Shown piece after piece: positions 62,268-64,000 of a stretch of DNA of 64,000 bases. Origin of the DNA: a virus; the IMG/VR virus record IMGVR_UViG_3300030419_005456, positions 1 to 64,000 of that record; one strand, given 5' to 3'. The position numbers and the translations under genes were made by a program. The notes under the pieces were generated by a model. That model did no database searches. It was not told the DNA's origin and was given only the letters and a program-made list of their open reading frames with translations. The first letter of the stretch is position 1. Each line of letters starts with the position of its first letter.

Positions 62268-63313
62268 TATTCTCTTATCATGCTATTAAGAAAGTTTATA
62301 CATTTTTCTGCTTCTTGTGGCATTTCTAGTTCTTCAAAAATTTTGGCAACCCTGTGAAAGTATGTGTGGTTGTTCAAAACACAATCATGGCCACGTTGTA
62401 TGTAGGGAATTCTCTCTTCGGGGTTATTTATGTAATATTCGATTAGTTTCTCAAATTCTTCCGGCGTTTTTGCAAACACCATTTCGTCATTAGTAAACAC
62501 ATCATTCGCCATAGATTCTACATAGTCTGACACACAGAAACCACCGCTCATTAGTATCTTAAATGGTCTTTCGATGATGTCGTATCCAAAGTCTTGAGAG
62601 TGAGGCTCACTAACATTAGGACAAACAGTAGCCGATCTAAAAACGTGCTTGACATTTTCGTTCTGAATACGACCCATATATTGAATAACAGGCCAGTTGG
62701 AGCCGCCAAATATTTTGACATTAAACTTCCCTACCGGATGACAAAGCCTAAGCAAGTACTTATCCAAACACCGCGCTTTATACGGCCAATAGCCACCAAC
62801 AAAAGCAACATCAGACTTTAAAAAATCAACCTCTCCGGCTTCGGCATAATCAAACACGTCCGCCCCGTGAATGAGAGAGACGGGTTTAATTCCAACCGTT
62901 TTCCATCGGTTGTGTGTTTCTTTTAGCCAGTTGTCGTGATAATGGTTGTGAACAAAGTTTGGCTTATCGTGTTCACGCTTGAGTCTTTCTATCCATACAA
63001 TTTCTGCTTTATTTGCTGTTAATATTGGATATTTTTCACTGTCTATGTGATTTTGCATATCGCCCCAGTCAGAAGCTCTCATAACAACTTTTAGATGAGG
63101 TCTTTCGGCTATGCAGTTAAATACAGCCCTGTCTACGTTATATGTTTGACCCATAAAGATATCAGGTTCAAACTCGTCAAAAGCGTCATAGGCAGATTTG
63201 CTTTGAATATCCCATATAGCAACTTCATGCCCAATGGCTTGAAAAACTTTAGCCCACCCAAGTCTAATATAGTAATGGGCGTGAGGACCGTCGTTGCTGA
63301 TCATTATTTTCAT
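62267..63313 (-). CDS. CgeB-like (Glyco_trans_1_2) glycosyltransferase
   Basis: AFVGG, ERPFKI..GGFCVSD, YY..NPEER, HTYFHR. Confidence 0.8.
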   Translation of the reverse strand: MKIMISNDGPHAHYYIRLGWAKVFQAIGHEVAIWDIQSKSAYDAFDEFEPDIFMGQTYNVDRAVFNCIAERPHLKVVMRASDWGDMQNHIDSEKYPILTANKAEIVWIERLKREHDKPNFVHNHYHDNWLKETHNRWKTVGIKPVSLIHGADVFDYAEAGEVDFLKSDVAFVGGYWPYKARCLDKYLLRLCHPVGKFNVKIFGGSNWPVIQYMGRIQNENVKHVFRSATVCPNVSEPHSQDFGYDIIERPFKILMSGGFCVSDYVESMANDVFTNDEMVFAKTPEEFEKLIEYYINNPEERIPYIQRGHDCVLNNHTYFHRVAKIFEELEMPQEAEKCINFLNSMIRE

Positions 63314-64000
63314 TGTTCTAAATCTCTAAGAGAGTTTATTTCTCGTATGCTCATACCTTCTGGTTCAAGAGCTTTGATTTTCGCACCTCTGTTTAGCATT
63401 GTGTTAAATAGCTCAAAGGGATACATCTTGTTTCGTTTTCTGTCCAAACATAAACTTTTAAACGTTTCTAATTCTTTTCCTTCTAGGTAAATTATCTGCG
63501 CCCATTTTGTCTCTAACCCATAAGAAAAGTTAGTTACTACGCCGTCTATTACAGTTACGCCCACGCTTTCTTCTTTAAATCTACCTTGGGAGTCAACTAG
63601 AATACAAGACCCATCCTTTGTGATGTCTTTTATTGACTTGGGGTTGAAAATTAAGTCTCCGTATATAATTAAAATTCGATCATGTATAGAATTATTAATC
63701 GCCAGTCTAAGGCTCTCTACTATGTTGGTTTGATCGTAAAGTTGATTTTCTATAACCCTAGCTTGCTTTGGTAAAACTTTAATTATTTTATCAGCCTCAA
63801 ACCCAACGACTGTAATTATTTCAGAAAAGGGAAAAAGGTTTTTTGTATCGTTAATAATTTTTGTAATTATAACATCTTCATGATTAAGGGGCAGCAAGCA
63901 TTTAGGGCCATAGGATTTCATTCTATGGCCCATTCCTGCTGCTGGTATAATTACGGTCAATTCTTTATCTCTTACCGTTCCAGCACCAGATTTTTTAGCT
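63310..64000 (-). CDS. LicC-like sugar/choline-phosphate nucleotidyltransferase (5' end probably outside window)
   Basis: IIPAAGMGHRMKS.GPKCLL, N..Y..TN..SL, IYGDL; the frame stays open to the window edge (AKKSGAGTVRDKEL...). Confidence 0.8.
   Translation of the reverse strand, partial: AKKSGAGTVRDKELTVIIPAAGMGHRMKSYGPKCLLPLNHEDVIITKIINDTKNLFPFSEIITVVGFEADKIIKVLPKQARVIENQLYDQTNIVESLRLAINNSIHDRILIIYGDLIFNPKSIKDITKDGSCILVDSQGRFKEESVGVTVIDGVVTNFSYGLETKWAQIIYLEGKELETFKSLCLDRKRNKMYPFELFNTMLNRGAKIKALEPEGMSIREINSLRDLEQ

Noticed and set aside
1-64000. Stop-codon reassignment, CRISPR array, tRNA or rRNA genes, IS elements, inteins
   Set aside because: Genes tile densely in the standard code with TAA, TAG and TGA all used as stops. 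The few intergenic gaps are short and show no cloverleaf or repeat-spacer pattern, and I saw no transposase or intein motifs.
43102-64000. Host chromosomal LPS/capsule locus next to a prophage, or a chimeric join
   Set aside because: The block shares CCWGG avoidance and composition with the virion genes, lacks membrane/export genes, is joined by overlaps to phage-type nuclease and annealase genes, and has no integrase or att site at the junction.

Overview
The window is part of a large tailed dsDNA phage genome (roughly 40% GC by eye, standard genetic code, genes packed end to end) with two convergent gene blocks. The + strand (1-40951) is a siphovirus-type virion module: fibre and decoration proteins, neck/head-tail genes, an S74-chaperone fibre, an internally duplicated tail tube protein, two paralogous chaperone-like genes, a 2848-aa tape measure protein (TMP), baseplate/hub proteins and a 3222-aa cysteine-rich tail-tip protein. 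The - strand (41091-64000) carries a small recombination/nuclease trio and then about 21 contiguous nucleotide-sugar, glycosyltransferase and sugar-tailoring genes that run off the window. The most notable observations are: (1) the TMP is divided by four copies of an AxGG..DTVPAxLxPGE(F/Y)V..AxGG cassette, and two non-helical cargo domains lie between them, one resembling a PD-(D/E)xK nuclease; (2) CCWGG appears to be avoided throughout, since every Pro-Gly codon pair I checked uses CCS-GGN; (3) a phage-encoded glycan pathway sits beside virion proteins enriched in Ser-Gly, suggesting virion glycosylation; (4) a small Cys..Cys..Trp module is inserted in several tail-tip proteins; (5) a structured leader with a small upstream ORF follows the tail tube gene. 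All functional calls come from motif recognition by eye; no database searches were run.
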